A DNA stretch of 64,000 bases from the human T2T-CHM13v2.0 reference genome, Homo sapiens: NCBI RefSeq assembly GCF_009914755.1, contig NC_060925.1, one strand, 5' to 3'. Position numbers and translations under genes: made by a program. The notes beneath the pieces are model-generated. The model saw only the letters and a program-made list of their open reading frames with translations. It ran no database searches and was not told the origin of the DNA. Positions 47,600 to 60,567 of this stretch are shown piece by piece (positions within the stretch are counted from its first letter, which is position 1; every line of letters begins with the position of its first letter).

Positions 47600-50250
47600 G
47601 GAGGAAGGCTCATTGTTGTAGTAATAAGGCTGTTTTAGTGGGGGAGTATTGAGGTTGGATTGTAGGGATAATGAGGAGGAGGGAGGCAGGAGTGGAAGAC
47701 AGGAAGGCTTCTTTTGTTGCATCATCAGACTTTTTGTTCCCTCTTGAGATTTTATCTGACCCTGTTTGATGTCCTTGACAGTGTATAACTCCCGCTTCAG
47801 TCGAGAGGTGTGTGGCCTGAAGGAGTTGGTAAGTAAGGGGGCTGTTAGTGATATGGGGCCTTTTGGCAGTGAGGAATCCTCTCTCTTGCCAGATGGCAGC
47901 ATGGGAATGAAAAATGTGATATGCATATTTGGAGTCTGTGTAAATGTTGACTCATCTGTCTTTGGAAAGGGTTAGGGCTCTGGTGAGAGCTATGAGTTCT
48001 GTTTTTTGAGAGGAGGTTCCTGGAGGTAGGAGTTTAGCTTTAGTTACTCAGTCAAGGGAAACAATCACATACCCAGCAATTTTTGGGGAGCTAGTGGGCC
48101 CGGAAGAGGAGCCATTTATAAATAGCTGGTCATCGGGGTTGGTGAGAGGCTCGGAGGAAATGTTTGGAAAGTGTGGCTGTAGGTGATCCAGGATGTCAGT
48201 GCAAGAATGAGTAGGAGGGGAAGAGGATACGGGGAGTAAGGATGCTGGGTTGAGAGGAGCACTTTTGGCAAGACTTGAATTCAGGATTTTTGATAAAGAG
48301 GGCATGGAGTAATTGAATCCGGGAAGGAGGAAGGGAGCTTAATGCTTGGGAGGAAAGGAGATTTTGTAGATTATGAGGACTGTGGACGGTGGTATTTTGG
48401 CTGAATGTTAAGGAGCTGCTGTCCACAAACTAAGTAAAGGAAGTATTTAGAAGGCGTTGGTCTGTTAGGTTTGGAAAGGGTATAAGAAAGGTTTGAACAG
48501 TGTTTACACAGAAGTGTGCAGGGTCTTGACAGGTAGAAATTTCAGGTAAGAGCATGGCTGGGTTTAGACGAGAGCTGGTTAGCACGGTGATTTGGGGAGT
48601 TTTTATGAATAGAGCATACAGTTGGAGAAGCTGTGAGGGGGAGATGAAACTTAGTACACTGTGGTGAGTTAGCATGTTTTTGATGTTATGGGTTGAATAA
48701 ACTGTTAGGTTGGCATGGAGAGATGGTTTTAGGCTTTTAAGGTGAGGACAGCAGCTGCTGCCAATGCTTGGAGACAGGCAGGCCGTTTGAGAACTGTGGC
48801 TTTAAGCTGTTTAGAGAGGTAGGCAACAACCTGGAGGATGGGTCCTTTAGACTGGGTTAGAACACCCAGTGTAACTTTATGCCATCCGTTGGTATAGAGG
48901 GAGAAAGGTTTGGTGAGGTCTGGGAGAGTGAGGATGGGGCTGAGGTGAGAGATTTTTGGAGGAGACAGAAAGGCTGGGTAATAGGCTATGCAGAGTTTAA
49001 AGGCTCATGGAGAGGGCCTTTAGTATCTTGGTATAACAGTTTGGCAAGTAGAGCAAAGGAGGGAAACTAGAGCCTAAAATATCCTGCTAGTCCTAGAAAA
49101 GAGAGAATTTCTTGTTTAGTTTGTGGAGGTGGGAGGGACTGGAGGAGGGATATGCGGTGGGTTGTGAGCCTTCAGGTTGGCACGGTAAGCGCTAGGCCTA
49201 GGTAGGTGACTGAGGGGGTGTATATTTGTGTTTTTTTAGGGGAGACCTAATACCTCTGTTCTGCTAAGAAGTTTGAAAGAGAGAGATAGTCTGGGCGTTG
49301 CAGTTTTTTTGAGAGGGGCTACACAGGAGCAGATTATTAACACATTGAGGGAGAATGGATGCTTTTAGGGATAAGGTACAGAGGTCGTGAGCAAGGGCCT
49401 GCCTAAAAAGATGGGAGCTGTCTCTGAAGCCTTGAGGTAGTACCCACCAGGTAAGCTGACGTGAAAGGTGGGTGTTGGGGTTTTTTAATGTAAAGGCAAG
49501 GAGGTTTTGGGAATCAGGGTGTAAAGGAATTGTGAAAAAAGCATCTTTTAGGCTTAGAATAGAAAAATGGGTGGTATTGGAGGGAATTGTGGAAAGTAAA
49601 GTGTATGGATTAGGAAATACTGGACATACTGGGAGTACAGCTTGGTTAATGAACCTGAGGTCCTGGAGTAAGCAATAAGTTTTATCTGGCTTTTTAACAG
49701 GTACAATTGGTGTGTTAAAAGGGCAGTCTGTTGGGTGGAGTAAGTGACTGGTGAGGAGGTGAGAAATGGTAAGCTTTAGGCCTATGAGAGCTGCTTGGGG
49801 GACGGAATACTGCTTTTGTGTCAGGAACTGGATGGGGTTAATTACAGATGGGGAATAAGGAAAGGTTGCATGTTTTAAGGTGGGAGGTTGGAGGAGTAGA
49901 AGAAAGTTGGAAATATTAGAGGGGTCTGGATGGCTGTGTTGGGTGTTGGGTACTACAGGGGATGTGGAAGTGGAGAGTAGTGTGGAGTTTTGAAAGGATG
50001 TTTCTGCCTAGGAGTGGAATTGGATATGAGGGCTGGACTGAGAAAGAGTGAGTGAAGGAAAAGGTGTGTAGGGAGCAGAAAAGTGGAGGGGTGGCTTGGG
50101 GTTTGGAGATTTGTCCATCATTTCCCACAACAGAGACTTGGGAGGACTGGGTGGGTCCTGAAAAATTAGGTAAAGCAGAATAGGTTGCCCTGGTATTCAT
50201 TAAAAAATATACTGGCCTACTTGCCACCATCAGGGTTACCCTTGGCTCGG
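47600..50250 (-). pseudogene. pol: Proviral pro-pol remnant (PR, RT, duplicated tether/RNase H)
   Basis: PR FLMNTRATYS; RT QDLRFINQAV, CVNNLL and FLGLAGYFRL; RNase H LFINGSS...ELIALTRAL...NIYTDSKYA. Confidence 0.85.
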
Positions 50251-51868
50251 ATGAAGAGATGGTAGTTGCCAGACTGTCCATTCCAGGGCACTGTTAGACT
50301 TCAGCGGCAAGGCCAATGAGTTCCTAGTAGGAGGTTTTGGCCGGCTCAGGAAGGGATGGGGGTGGTCCTTGTTGGGGCAGCTCACAGTCCAACTTCCAGT
50401 GGTGTCCTCCGCAGAGGGGGCACGGCCTGGTGGGCTTACCTGGGTATGGGCATTGTCTGGGCCAGTGGCCTTTATGACCGCATTTGAAACGGGAGTCAGG
50501 TGGAGGTGGATTATTAGGAGGCTTCCATGTAGAGCCGCGGCCCAGTGGCCTGCAGGGCCTCTGACGGCAGAGGCAAGCATTTGAAACTCTGCCTGTTTTT
50601 GTCCTTTACTTTCCTCATTATGATTGTTAAAAGGCATTGAAGGCTAAATTAAGAAGGTTTTGTTGTGGGGTTTGAGGGCCATTGTCAACCTTCTGAAGCT
50701 TGTGCCGAATATTGGGGAGTGGATTGGGAGATGAACTGAAGGTTTAAGATAGTGGTTCCTTTTGGGCTGGCTGGGTCTAGCCTGATATATAGGCTTACGG
50801 CTTTAGTTAAACGAGAGAGAAAAAGGGCTGGGTTTTTGTCAGGACTTTGGGTGATTTCTGAAAGTTTTTTTGTAGTTTACTGCTTTATGGGCACTCTTTT
50901 TGAGCCCTGCAAGCAGATATATAATTGTGTGGTCTTGATGGCAGTGCCCAGAGGCCTTGTTTGATCATTCCATTGTGGTTCCTGGTTGGGGACTGCCTCT
51001 GTGCTAGTAGGCTGGGTAGGAGCTTGGTGACGAATTGTATCAGTATGTGCCTGAGCTAGGGTTTAGAAACGGTTCTGCTTTTTTGGGGTGAGGGTGGAAG
51101 AGAGGATAACATAGAGGTTATGCTAAGTTAGTTTATAAGACTGGGTAAGGTACTGAAACTTTTTAATATAAGAGGTAGGGTTTTTTGGAAATGAACGGAG
51201 TCTTTTGTTAATTAGAGAGAGATTAGTGAGGGAGAAGGGAATTTTAACAATACCTTTAGCTCCTGCTGCTTCCTGAAGGGGAAGCAAGGGAGCTGGTTGC
51301 TGAGCATGTTGGGCCCAAGAGCAGGTGAGAGGCAGAGATGGAGAGGACTCAGAGTCGGAGGCAGGATGGTTGGAGAGAAGGGGAGAGAGAGAGCCTGAGC
51401 AGAGACATACAGCGGGGGATCATGCTGTTCCAGTGGAGGATTATGATGCTGTTAGGAAGGAGGAAAATCGGCGAGTCAAAGGAAGAGGAGTTGTCGGCTG
51501 GGGCTACTGGGTTGAGGGGAGCAGGGGGCGAGTGGGGTTTGGAGCGCATGAGGAGAATTCGAAAAGTAGAGCAGGATTGGCAGAGGGAAGGATGACTAAG
51601 GAGAGTAAAGAAAGCCTGAACATAAGGAATCTCAGACCACTTCCCATTGCGGTAGCAAAAGTTGTCTTAAGTCTCCGAGCACGTGGGAGTTGAAAGTGCC
51701 ATTTTTGGGCCATTGAGAGCCACGGTCTAATTTGCATTGAGGCCATGCGGTATTGAAGTAAAAGATAAGCCTCTTAGGGCAGATTTCTGAACGGAGGCCG
51801 ACAGCCTTGAGATTGCGAAGGAGACATCTAAGCTGGGTAGTTTTAGGAGTAGACTGAGAGGCTCTCAT
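50240..51868 (-). pseudogene. gag: Proviral gag remnant
   Basis: MRASQSTPKTT...NTAWPQCKLDRGSQWPKNGTFN matrix region; NC region RFKCGHKGHWPRQC...CPLCGGHHWKLDC. Confidence 0.85.
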
Positions 51869-52267
51869 AGCGAATGGAGCGTGGTGGGCGGGGGTGGGTG
51901 GTAGAGGAAGAGACTTCTGGTGGTGACAAGGACGACGGGAGAGCTTGCCCGGAATAGAGGAGGTAACCGCCGTGTCGGGCGTCCCTGAAATGGAGGGACC
52001 AGAGAGAGGCCCGGAGGCCGGAGGAAGCCCTTGGCCCAGCGCTGGGGTTTTCGGAAACGGAGAGACGGACGGGATCCGGGGAAGGGCAACAGTCTCTTTT
52101 TACTCACCCTGGCGGAGGTTTTGATGGTGGATGAGGTCGCCAGCAAAGGGAGAACCTAGGAGATTCTCTGGGTCTTCGGCAGGTTGGGGAAAGGTGAGAA
52201 TGGCCAGGAGAGCGGTGATGGGGAGGGAGAGAGAGAGAGAGTGAGTCCCGGCCAGAGTCTATCCCCT

Positions 52268-52285
52268 TCCGGGCTTTCGGCACCA
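52268..52285 (-). promoter_or_regulatory. Primer binding site, tRNA-Phe-like
   Basis: TGGTGCCGAAAGCCCGGA versus the tRNA-Phe PBS TGGTGCCGAAACCCGGGA. Confidence 0.85.
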
Positions 52286-52288
52286 GAA

Positions 52289-52791
52289 TGTAAGGGCAGC
52301 CGAGGGAAGGAAGAATAGACCCAAAGTCAGGCGAGTAACTTTGTTGAACCAGCCGGGCTACTCCACCACACTCAGAGGAGGTAGCGCCAAGCTTACAGAA
52401 TGAGGGGTTTATACTGGGGAGGGAGTTTGAGGGAGTTTTTTGGTACGGCCGCATCCTGGGGGTGTTTGCTGGTTAATTTTGCCAAATATCACCTGGTGAC
52501 ATTTATGATAGCAGGAACTTACAGGAGGGTAAAGTTTGTTTATGCTTCCCACGACCTCCCCCTGTGTGGTCCGGATAGTTTGTAATTGGGGTTTGCTCAC
52601 AGCAGCGGGGTCTGATAAGTGAAGTTTGCTGGCTTCACCGCAAAGTTTGCTGGCACCCAGATAAGGGCTTAGAAATGTAAACAGGCTTGAGGGAAAGAGT
52701 GGGGCGGCATGGAAAGGAGTTGCAGAGTGGGGAGCGGAGGGCAGCACGGAGACATTTCAAGAAGCTTTTTGGGGGCAGTTTGTCCCTAACA
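52289..52791 (-). repeat. 5' LTR of provirus
   Basis: TGTTAGGGACAAAC...CCCTTACA; adjacent to the PBS. Confidence 0.9.
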
Positions 52792-53598
52792 CCTGTATAA
52801 GGCACTTACCATGAATGGAGCTTGTAGGACTGGAAGTTGGTCTGAGAAGTGGGTGAGTCGTGAGTGAATGTGAAGACCTGGACATTACTGTACACTATTG
52901 TAGGCTTTATAAGCAGTGCATACTTAGGCTACACTCAATTTACTTTAAATTATTTTTTTCTCAGTAATAAATTAACTGTAGCCTCCTGCAACTTTTTTAC
53001 TTTTAATTCTTTAACTTTATAATTCTTTTATAACAACACAGCTTAAAATGCAAAAACATACAGCTATATACAGTATTTTCTCCTTTGTACATCCTTATTC
53101 TATATGCTATTTTCTATGTTAACATTTTTTACTTTTTAATATTTTTGTTAAAAACTAAGACACAAACATACTCATAACACAGAGTCAGGATCATCAATGA
53201 CACTGTCATCCACCCGCACATCTTGACCCACTGAGAGTTCTTCAGAGGCAATAGCATGCATGGAGCTGTCATCTTCTAGGATCATAATGCCTTCTTCTGG
53301 AATACCTCTGGAGGATCTGCCTGAGGCTGCTTTACAGTTAATTTTTTAATAAGTAGGAGTATATTCTAACATAATAAAAATATAGTAAATACATAAACCA
53401 GTCACATAGCACTTTAGCATAATTATCGAGCATTCTGCACTGTACATAATTGTGTGTGCTATACTTTTATATGACTGGCAGTGCGATAGGTTTGCGTACA
53501 ACAGCATCACCACAAACACATGGCTAATGCATTTTGCTAAGACATTGCAATGACTACAGCATCACTAGACAATAGGAATTATTTCAGCTCCATTGTCA

Positions 53599-53898
53599 TT
53601 TTTTTTTTTTTTTTGAGACAAGGTCTTACTCTGAGAACCAGGCTGCAGTGCAGTGGCATGATCACGGATCACTACAGCCTCAAACTCTCAGGCTCTGGAG
53701 ACTCTCCCCTCAGCCTCCCAAGTAGCTGGGACCACAGGCACCTACTACCATGCCCAGGTAATCTTTTGGATTATTTCTGTAGAGATGTGGTCTCCCTATG
53801 TTGCCCAGGCTGGTCTTGAACTCTTGGGCTGAAGCAATACTCCAACCTCGGCCTCCCAAAGTCTGGGATTACAGGCATGAGCCACCATGTGCAGCCAG
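53599..53898 (-). mobile_element. AluJ inside Tigger3
   Basis: Antisense dimer with J features; degenerate TSD agct(c/t)catt. Confidence 0.85.
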
Positions 53899-54279
53899 CT
53901 TCATTATAGTCTTATGGGACTACCATTGTATATGTGGTCCATCATTGACTGAAACGTTGCTAAGTGGTTTATGACTGTAATTTATCCTTTTAATCACCTA
54001 AATAGTACACTACTATGTGGATAAACTATAACTGATTTAGCTAGTGTGATATGGTGGTCAAGAGCAAGAACTATAGGACCCAACTCCAGTGCTTGAATCC
54101 CAGCTCTGCCACTTAGTAACTATGAGAATTTGGACAAGATTCTTAACTTATCAGTGTTGCAGTTTCCTGGCCATAATAATGATTTTGGCAGGCTAGAATT
54201 TGTGGCTCACTTGTTGAGGTCTTCTTTGCATATTTGTCATTAAAGGACAGCCAGGATAAAATGCACCCTGCCTCACTTC

Positions 54280-55960
54280 CCTGTGATAAGTGGTGTTGAG
54301 GAAGGTAGAGCAGGGAGAAGGGAGCAGGAGCAGGAAAACAGGAGGAGGATGTAGCTTTAAATGGAATGGGGAGGAAAGGACCAGGGTAGATCCCACTGAG
54401 AAGGGAGCATTCCTAAAAGACCTGAAAGAGGACAGGAAATGAGACAGGTAAACGCCTGGAAGAAGAGAATTCTAGACAGAATCAAAGGCCTTGAAGCAGG
54501 AGCATGCCTGGTCTGTTGAAGGAAATAGAAAAAACCCCAGTGTCTTAGAGTAGATTGAGGAAAGAGGGGAGCATGGGCTATGAGGTCAGATGGTGCAGGG
54601 CCTTGCAGGTGAAGTGGGAGCCACGGGAAAGTTCTGAGCTAAGGAATATGATAGAACTGATGTTTTGAAAATATCACTTGCCGCTATTTTGAGAGTAAAC
54701 ATTAGGAGGCCAAAAATAGGCACAGGGATACTGTGGGGCTATGCAATAGTCCAGGTAAGAGATGAAGGTCATATGGTAAATAGTTATACTATAAATATAT
54801 ACATTGAATAAAAAATATTTTTTGCTAATGGAGAGTGGGGTGTGAGAAAAAGAACAAAGTCAAGGATGGCACCAAGATTTTGTGGCTGCAACAAATGGAG
54901 TAATAGAGATGACATTTATTGGGATGGGAAGACTGTATGGGAAGCGTGTTTGGGGAGTTTGAAAGCCAAGCTGGAGATTCCTGTTATACGTCCTAGTGGA
55001 GCTGTCAAGTAAGAAGTTAGATATTCACAATGTGGCATCCATAGGAGGGATCTGGCTGAAAATGACAGAGTAGCCAATGTTTTTAAAACCATGAGACAGT
55101 ATGGCAGCTTTGTTAGTTTTCTGTTTTTGTCACAATAAATCAGCACTAATGTAGGCACTTAGAACAAAAGCGATTTATTATTTTACAATACTGGAGGTCA
55201 GAATTCTGGTACAAGTCTAATTGGAAAAAAGTCCTTGTGTCGCTGGGGTATGTTCCTTTTTGCTCATTCTGGCTATTGTTAGAATGTAGTTCTTTGTGGT
55301 TTTAAGATTGAGATCCTCATTTTCTTGCTGGATATAAACTGAGATCCTTTCTTAGCTTCTAGAGCCTACTGCATTTCCTTGACTTGAGGTCCCCTTACTC
55401 CATCTTCAAGGCCAAAAACAGTGGAACAAGTTTTCACCTTCTATGTCTCTGACTTACTTTTCTTCTTCTTCCAATTTTTAGGACTCATGTGATTATACTG
55501 AACTGACCCAGATAACCCAGGATAATTCACATCTCAAGACCCTTAAACTTGATGACGTCTGCAAAGTCCCTTTTGCCATAAGGTTATATTGGCATATGGT
55601 CCAGGAATTAGTGCAGAGCCACAATCTCAGAAAGAAAATGAGAGTGGATAATGAAGACAGATCATCTGGGTGTAAACCTGAGGATATTCCAGAATATAGA
55701 GGTTAGAGAGATAAGAAAGAAACTAGCAAGGAAACTAAGGAGCAGCCTCTAAGTAGAAGGAAAAGAATGGTGAGTTGTAATTGGAGGTGAAGACAGTTTC
55801 AAGGGAGGGTATGTTAATTGCTGCTGACACATCAAGGAAGATGAGGACTGAGCATTGACCACTGGATTTAGCAACATGGAGTTTTCTGCTGACCTGGACC
55901 TGAGCAGTTTTAATGGAGTGGTGGGGGCAATGCATGACAGAAGAGAATTCAAGACAGAAG
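54280..55960 (-). mobile_element. L2 fragment interrupted by an MLT1 LTR (~55112-55620)
   Basis: L2 antisense motifs (gaggactgagcattgaccactggatttagcaacatggag) and MLT1 text. Confidence 0.65.
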
Positions 55961-56822
55961 GGACTTTTCCAAAAAAAAAAGGTATACAAATGGTTATTGT
56001 GCAACGTGGAAAGATGTTCACCAATATTAGTCATTTAGGAAATGAAAATCAAAAGCACAATGAGTTACCAGTTCACACTCACTCAGAAGGCAATAATCAA
56101 AGAAATGGACAATAGCAAGGGTTGGGAAGGATATGGAGATATTCTCCCACATTGCTGGTGGAATGTAAAAATGGTGAAGGTGAAGGTGGAAAAACGGAAA
56201 TGAAGTATTGAGAGGGAGATGGAATATAAGAAGCTTTCTGACAGATAACCCAATGGAACAAACTGACTGACTGGGCATCTGAAATGAGTAAGAAGGAGTC
56301 AAAAATGAGCAAAATTATGCTTCTCTGTGGAGGCAAATCATATCTCCATTACTTACACCCAGGAGAACTTGTATGAAGTAGTTAACTTCTCTGGATTTTA
56401 GCTTTTTCATGTGTACAATGGGGGGTTTATGCCTCATAGAGTTGTAGAAACTGCAAATGAGAGACTTATGAAAAGCCTACTGAATGACCTTATGAATAAT
56501 AATATCATCAGTGGAAGGTGATTTGAGGATGTGATGCTGTTATCCCTGACATGGGCAGGAGGGAACTTGGACAAAGACCAAGGAAGAAAATATCTCTTCT
56601 CTGAATGTCTTGTCTGCATTTGAGTGCAATGTCCTTTATTCCGTGTCTTCCACCCAATCAGGGCCCTACTGCCACTTAAGGGGTAATTTCTCTTTCAATC
56701 ATTAGTTGTTCCAGCACCAAGAAGCTTAGCCTCAGTTGAGGCACCTGAGTCAGGAGGCCAGGATCCTTGGGAGATTGACAACAGGAGGATAATCCCATCA
56801 GAATACTCCAGGATTCCAACAG

Positions 56823-57774
56823 TATCTTAGTCTATTTAGCTACTATAATAAAATACCTTAGATGTATAAATCACTGGGCAATTTGTATATAATAGAAATT
56901 TATTTCTCACAGTCTGGAGGCTGAGAAGTCCAATATCAAGGCACCAGTGGATTCAGGATCTGGTAAGGCAGATTCAGGGTCTCTTCATCTCACCTTCAGC
57001 TCCATAGATGGCACCTTATTGTGACATCATCACATAGCAGAGGGGGAAACACTGCACTCAGTGGTGAAAGGGGAGAACAGTATGTCCTCACATGATGGAA
57101 CGTGGGAACACCATGTCCTTACATTATGGAAGCAGGCAACACTGCGTCCTCACATGGTGGAAGGGACAATACTGTGTCCTCACATGATGGAAAGCAGGAA
57201 CACCGTGTCCTCACATGGTGGAAGGGGAAATACTGTGTCCTCACATGATGGAAAGTGGGAACACTGTGTCCTCACATGGTGGAAGGGGCAATACTGTGTC
57301 CTCACATGGTGGAAGGGGCAATACTCTGTCATTACATAGTGGAAGCAGGGAACACTATGTCCTTACATAATGGAAGGAGAAACACCATGTCCTCATATGG
57401 AGAAAGGGGGTAAGACTATGTCCTCACATGGTGGAAGGGAGCAACACTGTGTCCTCACATGGTGAAAGGCAGGAACATCATGTCCTTATATGGTGGAAGG
57501 GGGAAACACAATGTCTTCACATGATCCAAGGCAGGAACACTGTGTCCTCACATGGTGGAAGTGGGGAACACTGTATTCTCACATGGTGGAAGGAGGAACA
57601 CTGTGCCCTCACATGGTTGAAGTGACAGAAGGGCAAAAGGGGTGACACTGTCCTCAAGCCATTTTATGAGTACCAATCCCATTCTTGGGACCTAATTACC
57701 TCCTAAAACCCGGCTCTTCTTCATGCTTTTGCATTGGGGATTAAGTTCCAACATGAAACATCCAAACCATAGCA
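56823..57774 (-). mobile_element. MLT1A/MSTD-like LTR with an internal minisatellite
   Basis: tcttagtctatttag...ggaggctgagaagtccaatatcaagg...caaaccatagca. Confidence 0.8.
57020..57625. repeat. ~29-bp minisatellite, about 20 copies
   Basis: Unit approximately GTGGAAGGGGCAATACTGTGTCCTCACATG, head to tail. Confidence 0.9.
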
Positions 57775-60139
57775 ACGGTCTTCAGTGACCATTGTCATGA
57801 GGGGAAAAGATAGGAGCTTTGGAATCATCCAGTGTTGGATCTAAGGCTTTGCTCTGCCACCAACTAGTTTTGAATACTGTTGACCTATACCAACTATAGT
57901 AGGTTCTTATAACAATTAAAAGGAATATCAGAGTAAAATGTGTATTTATAATGTAATGTTTTCAACAGAAGAAAATATAAATAAAAATTTATTGGGTCCT
58001 TTGAATGCAGAGGAATTTTAAGTTTGATATCATTGGAAGAAATCATAAACAAGAAGAGTAAAACATTTAGTATTTTAAAATTAAAAATGTATTTAAAGAA
58101 GAATTAAAAAGAATAATATGTGCAAAGTGCCTGGGACAAAAACTGGTTCAAAACAGCCTCAAAAGCCTTGTTCCTCTTTTTTGTTTGTTTGGTTTGGTTT
58201 TTTGTTGCCTTTGGTGCAGTGGGAAGGTCAGTTAGTTGGGTGATCACATCTTATGCTGCCCCAGGGTTAATGTGCACTGATACCCAGTAATGTCCAGTCA
58301 CCTGGGAAGCCAGTGAAGAGACTGGCACACCCTCGGCCTTCAGCTCAGCCTAAAGGGAAAGACGGCAGAAATGAAGCCCTGCTATGGATCCTCTCCCTCC
58401 TGCCTCACCCACCCACCATCCAGCAGGCACCTAGCACTATTTTCTAGTGCTCCATCTCTTAGCAGGGACTCTGTTCAGGTCTTTGTTTTCTGTGGGTGGC
58501 AATGAGGAAATGAGCTCACCTGAGCCATGAGGGAAACTAAGAGGCCCAAGGGTCTAGGCCACCAGACATGCCACAGCAGCTCATGGTACTAGAGTTAGGT
58601 CATCTCTGCATAAAAGCTGGGACTCAAATAAGAAGCAGAGGCTGCAAGAAGCTGAGGACCCCTCAGGAGGAAAGAAACACCCACATACCATGATGGAAGA
58701 ATGGCCAGGTTCGCAATAAGAGGTGGATGAGGGAGTAAGGAAGTCTCCAATTAGGACCTCAGGCCACGCATAGTCAAGGGAGGTCATTGTGTCCATCCCT
58801 GTTTCCAGGTAGAGCCACACCAGAGAGTTTGTCAGTAGCCCCTGTGCTGCATCTCCCTCTGCTGACCCCATGGGTTGGGAACAAGGTGGCCCAGACCATT
58901 TGCACCAATGGTCTCCTCAGCCCTATTACCCCACAGCCCCACATCCTCCTGAGAGAGCCCAGGTTAGTCCTGCAGGAAGACTCATGACCATCCCAGGACA
59001 AACTGTGGCAGGGACCGTACATAGTGTCCAAGGTGTTCAGAAAAGTCAGTTGTGGGAGAGATCATGTCTAAACCTTTAAGATCCAGAGAGCTCCATGGAA
59101 CAAGCATCTTGGGAAGAGCTTTGAGCAGCACAGTAGTATTTCAACAGGCGGGAGTGAGGGTGAAGAACAGGGAGAAGGAACTTTCATGTCAGGCAGAGGG
59201 ATGCAAGTGAGCAAAGAAGTGGATGACCTAGGGTTTGGGGCCAGCATGGCTACTGGGGTATTAAGGGTCAGAATAAGAAGAGGTTGGAGAGGGCTGAGTC
59301 AGACCTTCTCAACAGCTTCACCCATCAGAGCCCAAGTAGCCCTCATCAAGTGGGTGTGGAAGGATATCACACTTCTGTTCTTACAGCCAAGTGCCTTATA
59401 CTAGGCCAAGGAAAGAGCTGAGGCTGTGTTCCTAAGACAGCCTCCAACTGTGGCCTCTTAGGGTCATTCTCTGAGACACTGAGGCTAGGAAGGTTTTGAG
59501 ATGATAAAAATTTCTCTTTCCACTCTACAGGAAGTTGAGTTTGGATCCACAGGCTGAGGCTGAAGATTAAGTTCAGATTAGCACAGAAGAAAAGAAAGGT
59601 GGCTTTGGTTCAGTTGTATAATGTGCACTAGACACCCCCCTCCACCACCAACCTGCATGCACACACGCACTGCCTGATACCCGCAAGGGAGCCCTACACA
59701 AAATCTGCAAAGGAAGCCTCGGCGTGTTCCTTTGTGGGCTTCTACCCACCCACGATATCCTCCAACTCAGCATCCAGAAGCCAGGTCTATGTCCCTCCTC
59801 TGCAGCACAGTCAACACCTCTGCACAGTTCCCATGTCTGGGCTTGTGTCCTCAGAATTACACACACAAGTGACATGGCAGAGGTGGTGGGGATTTGCCAC
59901 CTGTGCAATCAGACAGGGTCCCCTTGGGAAGGCTTCTGAAAGAGAGGGGTCAGGAGCAATGTCAATGACAAGGGAAGAATCTTTGCCCAAGTGTAAGTGC
60001 ATCTTTGGGAGGTGTCACAGAATGCGAACAGGCCATGGGTACACTGTAGAACTGTAGCTATGAGATCAGAGTAACACAGACTAGGGGCAGCGGAAACTGA
60101 ACCAGCACTGGGAAAGGCGGGGATCTGCAGGCTTCAGGC

Positions 60140-60286
60140 TCAGAGTACAGGTGTCCTGGGAGTGCCAGATCCTGTTGCTTCCTCCAATCGAATGATCTTA
60201 ATGGCCTGGACTGGACAATGATAATGAACCTCACTGTAGATAGGAGTGAGAGACTCCCTTTTTTCCAGATATTGTTCACCGATGCC
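60140..60286 (-). CDS. Copy C terminal cytoplasmic exon
   Basis: Acceptor gtcttgtattccag, phase 0. Encodes GIGEQYLEKRESLTPIYSEVHYHCPVQAIKIIR...PVL-stop, with an ITSM/ITIM-like YSEV. Confidence 0.7.
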   Translation of the reverse strand, partial: GIGEQYLEKRESLTPIYSEVHYHCPVQAIKIIRLEEATGSGTPRTPVL

Positions 60287-60567
60287 CTGGAATACAAGAC
60301 AGAGGGTTGTTGGATCAGCTGAGGGATAGAAACGATGTGGAGGGACCCACAGGGCCAATACCCACTGCCATGCACAGCTCATGAATTCCTCTAAAGTGCC
60401 CAGCACTACATCACACCCAGATGCAAATTTCTTAGTAAATGCTGTTGATTGTCCAGATACAGATAAACAGGCGGTGTGGTCAGAAATGGCAGGTCCTGGA
60501 ATTAGAAGCCCAAGGCTGGACAGAGAGACCTGGGAGTTGCCAGAGTGGGCAGTGCCCCAGCCCTTAC

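Larger units (their letters stand above)
46180..52791 (-). mobile_element. HERV-F-type (HERV-H/F superfamily, HERVFH21-like) provirus with internal deletions
   Basis: Two LTRs (46180-46674 and 52289-52791), TSD CCTGT, tRNA-Phe-like PBS, purine-rich tract at 46675-46690, gag-pro-pol-env remnants; integrase largely missing. Confidence 0.9.
45880..53979 (+). mobile_element. Tigger3-like DNA transposon split by the provirus and an AluJ
   Basis: Termini tagtcatg...atgactgta; sequence is continuous across the CCTGT TSD. Confidence 0.8.

Noticed and set aside
46180-52791. Coding-competent HERV or domesticated env
   Set aside because: Catalytic motifs are mutated, integrase and SU are largely deleted, and env is interrupted by a microsatellite.
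57020-57625. CRISPR-like array or repetitive ORFs at 57061 and 57428
   Set aside because: Head-to-tail degenerate units without unique spacers, inside a primate MaLR LTR; the ORFs are by-products of the repeat.
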